NCBI GenBank assembly: GCA_008632985.1
Contig: QPGO01000137.1
Coordinates: forward strand, 186,001-224,490
Length of the DNA stretch: 38,490 bases
Reading direction: 5' to 3'
Origin: Psammoneis japonica
Taxonomy: Eukaryota
Positions within the stretch are counted from its first letter, which is position 1. The number at the start of each line of letters is the position of its first letter. Position numbers and translations under genes: made by a program. Positions 1 to 11,130 of this stretch are shown here, one piece after another. Below the pieces are notes generated by a model, which was not told the DNA's origin, did no database searches, and saw nothing but the letters and a program-made list of their open reading frames with translations.

Positions 1-1
1 C

Positions 2-1357
2 AAATTGAGCAAGATCATCAATGTGCGCGTCAACGTCCAAGTTGTGCACAGTTTTCTCAATCAAACATTGCGCAACATCTGGAGCTGGCTTCAGACCCAT
101 TGCCAAATGGCAGCATCGGCACTTTCCAAAGGGTGTCACGATTGTCGTCAAATCCTTGGAGTCATCATCCAATTCGAATGCATGGCACATCATTGAGAGG
201 TCCAATTTGGTCAAAAACTTGCACCCGGCTCTCTTCTGAAGCACATCTTGAATGATCGGCAAAGGACAAACCTTGCGCTTGAGGGCTTTGTTGAGTTCCC
301 AAAAATTGCTGAGCCACCGCACTCGACCATCCTTCTTTGGCCGAATGAAAGTGCCAGCAGCCCATTCCGAAGTTCCGGCTTCTTCAAGAACGCCAAGAGC
401 CACCAAGTGATCCAGTTCTCGTTTGAAAGTTTCAACATCATTGTGCGGCACTGCATGCACTCGAGAATGACAAGGAACAGCGTTGGGATCAATGTCAAGG
501 TGAACTTTTTCGCCAGCATGCTTGCCGAGAGTGCCATCAAAAAGAGCAGTGTGTTTTTCCAATGCGAGGCGTAATTTTTCTTGTTGTTCGGCAGTGAGAT
601 GCTTCTGAGCCGACGCTGCTTCAGAAGGGGACGTCTCCTCACACTTTGCATCGAGGATGTGGCTGTCCCATGCATCATCATCGTCAGCTGGCTCATCAGT
701 CAAGTCGTCAAGCCACTGCTGGATGCCAATCCGATGGTTTCTTGGTTTCATTGCAATGCTTGAATCGAGCCACTTGACAGTTCCGTGTTCAAAATCTAAC
801 GTGATGCCTGCTCTCGCCAAGAAGTCCTGTCCAAGGATCACATTGCACTGGCAAGGTGAGTCAAACACATGCGCATGCATGCCATCAACACGTTTGGTCT
901 TGTCAAATTCAGGGAGCACCACATCCCGCAGTCAAACGTAATGAGCAGATTTGAATTCTCCCGCTGACGTCCGAAACTTCGCAACAATTGGTCCTGTGTC
1001 CTCCAATGCTGGTGCTGCTCCAACTGGCAACACCCGAGCATGAATCATTGAATGGGTTCCACCAGAGCTGAGTGACACCCGCATCACGTGCTTGCTTTCC
1101 TTATCTTGAATGAATCGCGCCGCGAACAAGGTTGCAGGGACCACGTTCAAAGGTTTGGTTGGTTTTGTTTTTGGGGTTGGCACAGCGCACTCAAGTCCCA
1201 CATCGTCTTCGTCATTCACAGTGTGATTTTCGAAATCGTCATCATCAAACAAATCAGCAGCATGCACATGACAATCATCAATGCAGTCAGCACAATCATC
1301 AAACACACAGGAATCAGGAGTGACACACTCGGACGACAGCTCTTCAAGCTCATTGGG
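2..1357 (-). pseudogene. pol: Gypsy pol remnant: protease plus reverse transcriptase
   Basis: Manual translation: protease-like VMRVSLSSGGTHSMIH (expected LLDSG). In the same frame after a TGA at 932-934 come RT motifs SEWAAGTFIRPKKDGRVRW..ELNKALKRKVCPLPIIQD..FLTKLDLSM..TTIVTPFGKCRCCHLAMGL..AHIDD (YxDD read as HIDD at 14-25). The RT part is missing from the ORF track because it runs off the window. Confidence 0.9.
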
Positions 1358-1363
1358 TCAGCA

Positions 1364-2593
1364 TCAACCGCGTCCCGAGAAGCGACCACCAGGTCGAAAA
1401 CTTCCCACTCCACCTCGATGCTCACGAGGCCCTCCCACAGAATCAAGATGATGGCTTTCAGCAGACCAATCATCAGGAGGAGCCATTCTGGCCAGATTGC
1501 CGTAACCGCCACCATCTGCATTGGTTTGGGTGTCGTTTTGATGTTGCATGCAGGAGCCACCATCTTCATGATGCTCGCCGCCATTGCCACCAGAGTTGCA
1601 GTTTCCTTGACCGCCACAATTTCCTTGGCCACCACCACGACCTTGACAGCCACGGCCTTGCCAACCATGACCTTGATTTCCACCATGACCATGACCTCCA
1701 CCGCGACCGCCACCTCGACCACCACGGCCACCACATCCACGACCGCCACGATCAGTTCTTGGACAGCAGTTGTTGGAGTCAGGATTCATGACGCAATCTT
1801 TCCACTTGTGATTGTGAGTGTGCAACGGACATTGGGTTTCTGGGTCAATGCGATTGCCTTTCTTCTTGTTCGAGCCGCCTTTAGACTGTCCATCTTTGCG
1901 CTTTTTCGACGTCTTCTTGTTCCCATCTGCAAACGATTTCTCCGTGCTCATGTGCGTGACTGTTTCCGCCAGTGTGTCATTTCCAATCGTGCGTCCTGCT
2001 CTTGTGTGCATCTCGCGCCACGACAGAGGGAAGCTGTCGAAAATCATCTTCTTCTTTTGGTTCTGAGCAATGACTGGATTATTTCCCGGCAACTTGTTTG
2101 TGTGTCGCACCAAAGTTTCCATTCGATCTGCATGTGCCTGTGCTTCAACGTCACACGGCTTTTTAAGAGCAAGCAAGTGTTCAATCATCGTGTCACGAGC
2201 TTCAGTTTCACAATGCGACAAATAAAAACGAGCCAACTCTTGGTCGAAACGAGCTGCCGTCTTCTGCGCATCCGGAATCGCCATGGTGAGATTGGACCAT
2301 TTGTCTTCAGCTGCATCCGTCAATGCTTCTTCAAAATTGTCAAACAATTCTTCTCCTGCAGTGAATTTGAGTTTTGCAGCCAGTTTACGAAAACGATCTT
2401 CCACAAACAACAACACTTCAATTCCATCACTTCCGTCAAAACAAGGGCACTTTTTCGTACGCGTGCCACCATCATCATACGATTGGGTCAATTTTACGAG
2501 TTCCAAATCCGAATGGGCAAATTTCGCAGCATGCAAAATGCACGGTTCCTTGGGGCTCTCGCGATCACTCATCAGGCCAAGTTGGTCCACCAA
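1364..2593 (-). pseudogene. gag: Gypsy Gag-like protein (409-aa ORF)
   Basis: Lies directly upstream of protease in the same frame. Contains a basic region, a knuckle-like CPLHTHNHKWKDC motif and an RGG/GGRG-rich tail. Confidence 0.8.
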
Positions 2594-2774
2594 GAAACTG
2601 TTTCAAGTGCTCTACCTTCGATTCGAGTTGTGCCACCCGAATCGCCAAATCCTGTTCGCGTTGTTTTCGTGTCTCCTTTTCTCGTTTTTGTTCCAAAGCC
2701 CAATTCGCTGCCTTTGCTCTCAAAGTTCTTTTCTCTTGTTTCGCAAGCCTGTTAGTTGTGTCATTGTTTCTCAT
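2565..2774 (-). CDS. Short charged coiled-coil ORF overlapping the gag start; possibly a frameshifted Gag N-terminus
   Basis: 69 aa, starts with ATG, K/R/E/Q-rich heptad-like sequence (REQDLAIRVAQLESKVEHLK), overlaps gag in another frame. Confidence 0.4.
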   Translation of the reverse strand: MRNNDTTNRLAKQEKRTLRAKAANWALEQKREKETRKQREQDLAIRVAQLESKVEHLKQFLGGPTWPDE

Positions 2775-2984
2775 TCAGCTCTTTACAATTGACTGCAATT
2801 ACAGTGCAAGCTCAAGCTGAGGTTGATGTCAAAACAAAGAAGTGAGCAGACCAAAGAGAGGGAGAGCCCAAGCGTCAGCAAGCACTGGCGAGCCCTCTCA
2901 AACGGCCACGTCAATCTGGTGTCCAAAATTGGCGCTGTGTGTCAGAAGCGTGCCAGTGAGTTGCTGCAAGAAGCACACAGTCAT

Positions 2985-3245
2985 GCCTGAGGGAGTCACA
3001 GTCACAAGCACCTTGGGGTCTGTCTTGTTGACAGAATCCTTGTGCACAGACTGCAAAACTGATGGCTTGAAGGTTTTGCAGTCCTGAGGATGCTCTTCAT
3101 CTTCCACACACATGCTCGGGACAGTTGTGCAGCCACAAGCACCTCAGGGCTTGTCTTGTTGACAGAACCCATGTGTGCACAGCTGCAAAACCATGGAATT
3201 GAATGTTTTGCAGTCCTGAGGATGCCCTCCATCTTCCACACTGAG
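2985..3245. repeat. Diverged tandem duplication, 2 x ~131 bp
   Basis: cacaagcacc..tgtcttgttgacagaa..ctgcaaaac..gttttgcagtcctgaggatgc..catcttccacac starts at 3003 and again at 3134. Confidence 0.85.
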
Positions 3246-3917
3246 CCTGGTGGGGGGCAGCTGCTGCAAAGCCAGTGGTTTTGACATGTTGGCTGTTTGG
3301 CAAACAGGCCAGCAACATCAGCCACAAGCTTGTCCTCATCATCACTCTTGAGGCCCTCCTCTTTTGAAGCAAGTGGGCAAGAGTCAAAAAGCAAAAAATG
3401 CATTGTGAGAAGATGCTGTCATTTTTGTCACAGTTTGCAGCATGGCAGGACTTGATGCCATCTTGTGTGCCACATGGCTGGTGCTTCATGCTGATGATGA
3501 TTGGCACAGACAGAAGCCAGCTTCACCTTTTTTCAGTTTGCAGAGCTGAGTGCAAAATTCAGCTGGCATGCACTTCAATGACTTTGCCTCCATCTGCTCA
3601 GACTCTTTCAGTGTTGCACTTGCCTGGAGTGATTTTCTTTTTCACCAGCACCACCTGATTGAGGAGCACAATCCCGGAGTCAAGCAAATGCATGAATTTT
3701 TTAAATGACTGGATTTGTGTCTCAGAAAATTGGTGTGGATTTCCGTGCATCTGGCAACGCACGTCACAAAAAGCATGAGACTTGTCGTGCACCCGGTTGC
3801 TTGATGACGATGCTCACCATTTTCTCAAAACCCATGACTTTTCATGTTGCAGCACAGAGCAACCTTCCACAAACATCAGTGAAGCCCCTTGCACCCTGCA
3901 ACATAAAATGTCACACA

Positions 3918-5950
3918 ATGAGTGATGTCAGAAATTCATTCGTTGCTGAGCACGTGCAGCTGGTCTTTGGAGACAAGCATCCTCACAATCATTGGATGCC
4001 AATGGACCTCTGGGCAGAATGTTGCAATGCCAAATTTGGTTTTCCAATGAGGATCTCCATGCAATGGGCAGAGAGACAAAGAAAACACACAAAAACCAAT
4101 GTGGAGTGTCAAACATGACAACAACCAACAACATTGTTGCTGATGGCGTGAGTCTGTGCAAGACAGAATGCAGCTGTTAGATCAATGGCAAACAAGGCAA
4201 CTGCACATTCTTTCTTGCAACTGTTGGGGTTCCCAGCCAATTTCTTCATCCTCCAACAACTGGGAATGACGGTGTTAAAGCTTGGCTGTGAAGTGGGGCA
4301 GCCCGGAAGCAAATTGGGAGAGACTCAGTGTGATGAGCAGAAATGCTTGCAGAGTGTTTGGAGATGGATCCTGACATCCAGAACATGGAGAAGGCATGGT
4401 GAGCAAAGAAAAAGCAATGCATTTCAAATGAAGATGAAAATGACAACATGTCCATTGAAGAGTTGGAGTCCACCAGGCAAGACAATGCACCATGGCTTGA
4501 CCATTGGGGCTCCACTTGAGCCTGTTGCAGCATCTTTGCTCCACCCTCTGTTTGCCCATCTGATGTCAATGTAAAGGCGACCACACAAGATGGAATCAAC
4601 ATTCCATCAGCTGTTGTCAACCATGCCCAAGATGCAAGTCTGTGTTGCCTGATCAGGGTGACAATGATGCAACCACTGACTGTGAAAAGGTTGCCATGAG
4701 GCATTGTGTGCACCATGCATCATGGTGGTGCTTCAGACAGCACTTGACAATCTCAAAAGCAAAAGAAATGAGATTGAAGGCAACATGAGTTGGGGTGAGT
4801 GTTGTCGACATGCTGTCACTGGACCGAAAGAAGATGGCATCACTGCTGTGTCCAACTGGCAGACGGTGCAGTGGCAATGTCATTTGGCCAATGCTGGTGG
4901 TTGCTTTCCTCAGAACCACAACCAAGGCAAGCAACAGCTTCCACCCTTCTTCAGCAAGAATCCTGAGGTTAAAAATGCATTTGCTCAACATGCAATCAAA
5001 AACTTGAATTAACTGTTGGTCGAATTGATGCACGAGTGCCTCCACCAAAAATTCACACTGGCTCTCATGCCAAATGTGAAGAAAGATGTCATGGTGGTGG
5101 ATGATGAAGACTTTGAGCAAGCCATGGAGTCCATGGGTGAGTCTCCCGCACTTGGTGCAGAAGAGGAAGCTGCCGAGGAAGAAACCAAGGGTTTGTTTCT
5201 TAAACAGCATGAGCTCCGTTCACTTTCCATTTCCACAGCAGCCTGCTGGATGGGTCTCCTGGGATTTAGACACACAAACAGAATGAAAGGATTTCACGCA
5301 GATGGTCACAAGAAGCCCGCCACAAAGTTGCATCACAAGAAGTTCACAAAGAAGCAACTTGAGTCAGAGAAGAGGTGCTGCAGGTGGATTCAATTGCCCT
5401 TGGACAAGGTGACTGAGCTCATGAACTGATCATTGGTTCTGCATCAGGGTGAAAGCTCTGTGTTCACTTGTGACAGCAATGTGTTTGTCAAGTTTCATGT
5501 GGACAACTGCAGCAGTTTCCATGACATGATTGCACAATCAGACAACTTGAATGCCAAGCGGCATGGCAGCCATCTGAGTTTCTGCTTTCCCACTGGTGAA
5601 AAGCCCACTGTCATGTGGGGACAAGATGAGGCTGTCTGTGAACAATTGCTGTTGACAGAGAAGGTGCAGGTGGGACCCAATGGCAAGGAAGCTCTTGTCC
5701 CGAAAGATGAAGGTCCAGGTGTCATGCTGTCTCTGTTCATGTCTCGCGAGTTTGGTTTGTTGCATGATCTTGATGAGAAGCTGCGCAAGTGAGTCACTGA
5801 AAAGAGAAGTGGAGCCAAGTGCAGTGACGAGGAAGCAGCAAAAGAAGCCAGGAAATCAAGCACCAAGAAGGATTTGGAGAAGAACCCATTCCTGGTGAAA
5901 TTTGAGTGTGGCTCCAATGATGAAGGCCACTGGAGCTACAATCTTTTTGT
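3918..5950 (+). pseudogene. Decayed DDE-type (IS630/Tc1-like) transposase of the YxDGHE family, 3'-truncated
   Basis: Same-frame ORF pieces 4704-5012, 5016-5429, 5433-5792 and on to ~5950 give LSISTAACWMGLLGFRH..KGFHADGHKKP (WxxxLGF.Y..KGxYxDGHE), KPTVMWGQDE (first catalytic D), LVPKDEGPGVMLSLFMSREFG and PFLVKFECGSNDEGHWSY. Similarity stops before the second catalytic D. Start approximate. Confidence 0.7.
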
Positions 5951-6186
5951 GAGAACGGAGACCCACATGCCCACACCACCCAGTGCATTCAGTCACAGGG
6001 CCCCCAACCTGCAAGGGGCTGCAAATGATTCTGTGTGAACACCTTCAACATTCTCAATGGCAAAGCTGATGATTCAGTGAGAATGCAAGCTCAAGCTGAG
6101 CAGGCCATTTCTGGTGTCAAGCCAAGAAGGCCATTTCTGCCATCAAAACTTTCAATCAATGGGGGTCAATGGCCGATCACATTGTG

Positions 6187-6392
6187 GTGCAAATGTTGCT
6201 GCAGTGACACAAGTCACAGTGTGGCCCATGCTTTTCTCACGTTAATTGCAGTGCCCCAAAACTTGTCCCACCATGGTTTCTCATGTCAAATGAAACAGTG
6301 CAAAGCACAGCACAAGACACCAACAAACAATGCCACGTGCAACAGTTTTCTCAGAGAATGTTGCTCATTGCTCAAGCTGATGTGGCCAGGAC
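6187..6392 (+). repeat. ~210-bp dispersed repeat, copy 1 (inverted relative to 8193-8410)
   Basis: ctgcagtgacacaagt..gtggcccatgcttttctcacgt..gccccaaaa..tttctcatgtcaaa..caagacaccaacaaacaa..gctgatgtggc matches the reverse complement of 8193-8410. Confidence 0.85.
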
Positions 6393-7060
6393 ATCAAAAT
6401 TTGACCCGGACATGATCTCTCTTCCAACACATTTTTTGACCACCTTGCTTTGTTTTGTTTGCAGAGCAAAATCAAATGCTTCACAACCTTTGGCATCACT
6501 CACCTCAAAGTGGGCTGTGTCATCAATTGGTCAAGTGAGATGAAATTGCCATGAGCACAGGGCAAGACACTTGTGTCAGTGACCAAAGTCGTTGACATTC
6601 TGGAGCAGCTCCAGCATCTTAAGAAACTCTGGAATCCACAAAGGCCTTTTTGCTTTTGACGGGGAACACCCAGCCCCCATGCCTCTGCTTTCTTTGCATC
6701 CTTTGTCACCTGGTTCACTGACTCATGCTTGTTGGGATTGCCTTGGCCATTGCACCAAGCTGGGGTCTTGGTTGGCACAAAGAAGCTGACAGTTTTTTCT
6801 TGCACTCAAGGTTTGACAACCTGGAGCATGTTGGATGGTCTGTTTCTGGATCACACTCTTCCTTCCCATGAGCCATTCCAGGCAACCACTTTTGGGCAAC
6901 AGCTCCTGGGCTCAGCAGAAGGAGCTCACTCTGGGAAAACTTGTGAAGTCTCGGGAGCATCTTGCCCAGAGAGCAGCTCATCAAATTGGACAAACATGGC
7001 TGACAATCTGATTTTTTTGGCATGGCCCAATTGTTGCTGCCTTCTGAAAATGCAAGCCAT
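6385..7060 (-). pseudogene. Crypton-like tyrosine-recombinase-family gene fragment (N-terminal half, frameshifted)
   Basis: Joined minus-strand frames read MAHGKEECDPETDHPTCSRLSNLECKKK / VSFFVP..WCNGQGNPNKHESVNQVTKDAKKAEAWGLG / WQFHLT*PIDDTAHF..FDFALQTK / WSKNVLEERSCPGQIL. This matches my recollection of stramenopile Crypton-like proteins (KKAISFFMP..GNPT..FQFHxIxRIDD..WSKNVxEER). The catalytic HxxR...Y part is absent. Confidence 0.6.
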
Positions 7061-7537
7061 TCCTGTGGGGAAGGTGAAGAGGGCAAAGGTGGCAGTGCAG
7101 CGGGCTGACGGGAGCTGTCTGATTTTGCAATGACTTTTGCCGAAGTCAAAATGCATGTGGAGCAAGTGATGCTGAATGTTGTCTGCTCATTTTCTTTCAA
7201 TCAGTGTTGAACTTTGAAGTGGCATCACCGTGCTCTTCATCTGCCATGCACAAGAAGCACTTGGTGCTCATGCCAAAGCTTGTGCCCTTGTCTGTGCCTC
7301 AAAACTGATGCTGTGCTCAGTGTGGACATTGTTTGCAGAAATGACACTTGTGGGGCAGGTGATGCAGTGTCATGTCCATTGGGCTCATTGCATCAAAACC
7401 CACAGGCACAGGGTGTGTGCCAGCTCATGTTCCCTTTGTTGTTGATGTCGCTGTTTTTCATTTCTTTTGTGGGCATCTTCATGCGTGCATCAGGTGAGGC
7501 AAATCCTTGCTGTGCTGCAGAAAAAGGGCCTTTTCTT

Positions 7538-8054
7538 TGAGGCTGGATCGATGTTTAGCGGCATTTTTTTAAATGGCTCGTGATTTTCGAATTTCCCTGC
7601 ACTTTGCCCGTGTTGTTTTGCGATGCCTCTGAGCACCCCCAAACACACATGAGTGTGTCCAGCCCCCATCAGGGCTGTTGGACCTTTATGTGAACTGCAC
7701 TTGTTGACCTTCAAACGCCAATTGTCGGCTTTGGTGCGGTTGTCACATTCAATGAAGCACCATTTTTTGCCAAAGTGCGACTGCTCACAGTGGACAAGCC
7801 ACAACGTTCCAGGAAATGCCAACAATTGGCGTTTGACTGGCTGCAGACACATCTGCAGTCATCAAGCCACACATCGTGCATGGTCGCAACCGTCTCATTT
7901 GCATTCCATGTTGTCTTGCAAACAGACAAAGTTCAACCTGTCACTGAATTTTTGTTTGGCAAACGTGCGCATCATCAGTGCGACAAATCCGGGTCATTTT
8001 CAAACATTTGCAAGCTCCAAATAAAATCAACTGCAAACCATCGATCCATCCTCA
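7538..8054. mobile_element. MITE copy 1 (517 bp, terminal inverted repeats)
   Basis: Starts tgaggctggatcgatgttt and ends aaaccatcgatccatcctca. Internal sequence is colinear with 9277-9793. No recognisable coding content. Confidence 0.85.
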
Positions 8055-8192
8055 AATGAAGTTGTGTCCATTTCAACATCACACCTGAAGAAATGTCATT
8101 CGTTCTTCAAACAAGATGATGTCTGATGCGACACGAGAATGTTTCTGTCTTAAAAATGGAGGGAGAGTGTTTTCCATGTGATGTCGAGTTTT

Positions 8193-8410
8193 GTCCCAGC
8201 CACATCAGCCCAAGTGATGAGTGACATTTTTCAAGAAAACTGTCATGTGTGGCATTTTTTTGTTTGTTGGTGTCTTGCACTGTGGTGCTTCGCACTGTTT
8301 TGTTTGACATGAGAAACAATGATGGGACAAATTTTGGGGCATTGCAGCTGACGTGAGAAAAGCATGGGCCACGCTGCAACTTGTGTCACTGCAGTGACAT
8401 TTGCGCTGCA
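8193..8410 (-). repeat. ~210-bp dispersed repeat, copy 2
   Basis: Reverse complement of 6187-6392 with many transition differences. Confidence 0.85.
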
Positions 8411-9276
8411 CCCTCTCAGTCAGCAAAACCACAGCATGCTGCGGCGCTTGGCACAAAATTGCATGCGCACTTCATCATGTTGACAAATGGAAACCACGGC
8501 AAAAGCATGCATGAAGGAAAGAGACAATCTGTTGTCTGCCCTGTTCAACACTGGGGTGCATCTTGAGTGCAAAAGGATTGAACAGGCATGCTTGACAACG
8601 CGCAATGATCTTCTGCCAAAGGAATCTGCTTTGTTTGTCATTCAGAGCCTCACAAAGCATCTCCAGTTGAGGCAATTGCACAACAAGCTGATGGATGGCA
8701 AGATGATTGGACTTTCTGAACTTTGTTTTGCACTCGAAACTTTGTGCATGCCACACGCATCATAGCCAAAAACTGGCAACATGGCGGTGGTGCATGTGCT
8801 GTTGCAATGATGGCAATGACAGCAATGTGTCCAACAGCTTCCAGCTGTTGCCCAAATTGGGGTTTCCAAAGGGGGGCTGCTTTTCAAATGACCTTCAACA
8901 TCGGCATGCTTGCAGCGCTTGTTCTGCAGGAGGGCTCTGCTTTGTGTGACCATTTGCAATGGTTTGGCAAGAACACCTGCATCAAATTTTTTCATTGCAG
9001 AATGCATTTGCAAAACAACAGATTTGCTCTTTTGTCAGGATGCAGCCATTGTGCTGGCATGATGGCTGGCGCCCATTTGCTTTTGTTTTCCAAACCCGGC
9101 GATCTGGTTGGATGTTGTGGGTCACGGTTTTTTTTTGTCATTTTGGCACTCATTTTCCCTGGTCTCATGCAGGCTGTGCAGGTGTTTGCAAAAATCCCAA
9201 CAGGCTTTGCGTTGTGCAAGACAACAGACATGAACAACACATTGATCTGTTTGTGTCTTTGGTGTGTGTGTTGAGC

Positions 9277-9793
9277 TGAGGATGGATCGTCCAGATGAGG
9301 TGTTTTTCAATTAGCTTGTGATTTTGCAATTTCCCCGCACTTTGCCCGTGTCATTTTGCGATGCCTCTGAGCACCCCCAAACACATGTGACTGTGTCCAG
9401 CCCCCATCAGGGCTGTTGGGTCCACATGTGAGCTGCACATTTCAACCTTCAAATGCCAATTGTTGGACTTGGTGCAGTTGTCACATGCAACAAACCGCTG
9501 TTTTTTGCCAAAATTGCACTGCTCATGGGAGACAAGCCATGACTTTCCAGGAAAAGCTGACAATTGGTGTTTGACTGGCTGCAGACATGTCTGCAGTTGT
9601 TGAGCTAAAGATCGCGCATGGCCACAACCATTGCCAACACATTCCATGATGTCTTTCAAAGGGACAAAGTTTGGCCTGTCGCTGAAAATGTTTTGTTGGC
9701 AAGCGCGTGCATCCAGTGTGAGAAATCCGTTTTTTTTTCCAAAAAAATGCAAGCTTGCGCGCAAACAGACCTCATCTCGACGATCCATCCTCA
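9277..9793. mobile_element. MITE copy 2 (517 bp, 24-bp TIR)
   Basis: Left end tgaggatggatcgtccagatgagg, right end cctcatctcgacgatccatcctca (1 mismatch in 24). Same length and orientation as copy 1. Confidence 0.9.
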
Positions 9794-10026
9794 AATGGAT
9801 TTTTTGTCTTTGTGTCCTTCGGCGATGGGTGAGATGATGGTTTGCTCAAATTTCCATGTTTTCTTTGTTTGTTTTCTTGATCTCAGCAAGGCATTTCTTT
9901 TTTTCGTGTTTGATGTTGCAAAAGGTTTGTCATCCAAGGAAGGTCATTTCTGTGGTTGGACAAGACTGGTTGGCCCCGTTTCGCATCTGGTTGGACACAT
10001 GCCCACACTGTCTGTAACATTTTTAC

Positions 10027-10112
10027 TTTGTGCCTTTCACACATGAGTTTTGGATGCAAAAGACAAGTGTTTTGTGCCTTTCACACATGAGTTTTGGATG
10101 CAAAAGACAAGT
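10027..10112. repeat. Perfect tandem duplication, period 44 bp
   Basis: tttgtgcctttcacacatgagttttggatgcaaaagacaagt occurs at 10027 and 10071. Confidence 0.95.
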
Positions 10113-11130
10113 TGTTCAGAGGCACCAGAGGAACTTGTTTGTTTTGTGGTCATCCAGTCTTTTTTCAGGCATTGTTCAGGATTGGCAGTCCCAGGCATCA
10201 TTGCCGTGTGTTTGCTTTCTTGGTTTTGAAGAATTGGCTCACAACCCCCACATCTGCAATGAAAAACACAGTCTGGACATGTGCTTGTGGTGGGATGGAA
10301 GAACATGCTTGCTGCATCTGGGTGTTCCTTCACAAATTTTTGATTTAAATTCCTCCCACGCAACTGCATCAGATCAACAATGTCTTCGTCCATGACAAAC
10401 TGGTTTGATGAATGCATTTCTCCAGGTTCAGTGCACCAGCTGTTCATGTCAATCCAATGTCTGTTGTTTGCAACGGATGTGTTGTTCATTTCTGCATTCA
10501 AAGTTGCTGCAGTCTGTCTGCAAAGTTGTGGAAAGAGATTTAGTCAGTTTTGTGCACACGTGTTGAACATTCAAATGGACACACACTTGCCTCTAAGATT
10601 GTGACCAAGGCACACAACCAAAGATCACAATCCATTTTTTCTTCTGCAACAATGAGCGAACATTTGTGTCCCCAAAATTTGCAATTCTCCAGGTCAAAAT
10701 GAATGTTGTGCAGCCTTTCATTTGTTGTTTGATCTGTTCTGTGACAACCGCTGTTCACAACATTCATGTTGATTGAGTCACTCATGCAATTTTTTTTGGA
10801 TTTGGGTTGGAAACACATCCCATTGCCACCTTTGGCAAGACCAGTTGTTGTGTGGCCAGAACCCATCATTCCCAGGCCACCTCTCCCATTGTCCATCACT
10901 GCAGCAGCAATGTTTCTGCACTTGTCTCCCAGTTTGCCGGTTTTGTCAACTGCTCCCATGACATGCAGACCAGTTGCATCTCTTGTGTCTTGACCAGCAT
11001 TTTTTGTTTTGTTGGGTGACATGTGAGCCAATGCAGAAGTGGCCTTTTTCTGATTCTTGAATGATTCATCCTCGATTTTCTTCTGCTTTGAACCTTTTGA
11101 CTTTGAATGCTTTGCAGTCATCTTCATTGT
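10040..11130 (-). pseudogene. Unknown decayed gene divergent from the Helitron RepHel (possible Helitron accessory gene)
   Basis: ORFs 10540-11226 and 10037-10501 have protein-like composition (basic N-terminus, Gly-rich stretch) and the same AT-rich composition as the Helitron. No domain recognised. Confidence 0.35.

Larger units (their letters stand above)
1..2830 (-). mobile_element. Ty3/Gypsy LTR retrotransposon, 5' part (gag, protease, RT); continues beyond the left edge
   Basis: Minus-strand order Gag, then aspartic protease, then RT with no integrase in between, which is the Gypsy order. LTR and PBS not resolved, so the right boundary is approximate. Confidence 0.9.

Noticed and set aside
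1088..2755. 555-aa plus-strand ORF
   Set aside because: Antisense shadow of Gypsy gag/protease. Its Thr/Ala-rich stretch mirrors the GGRG repeats, and long open frames are expected when TAA/TAG are depleted.
2830..3400. Possible 5' LTR and PBS of the Gypsy element
   Set aside because: No second LTR in the window and no convincing minus-strand TG...CA plus TGG arrangement.
8420..9275. Protein-like fragments between the repeat and MITE copy 2
   Set aside because: No recognisable motif or consistent frame.
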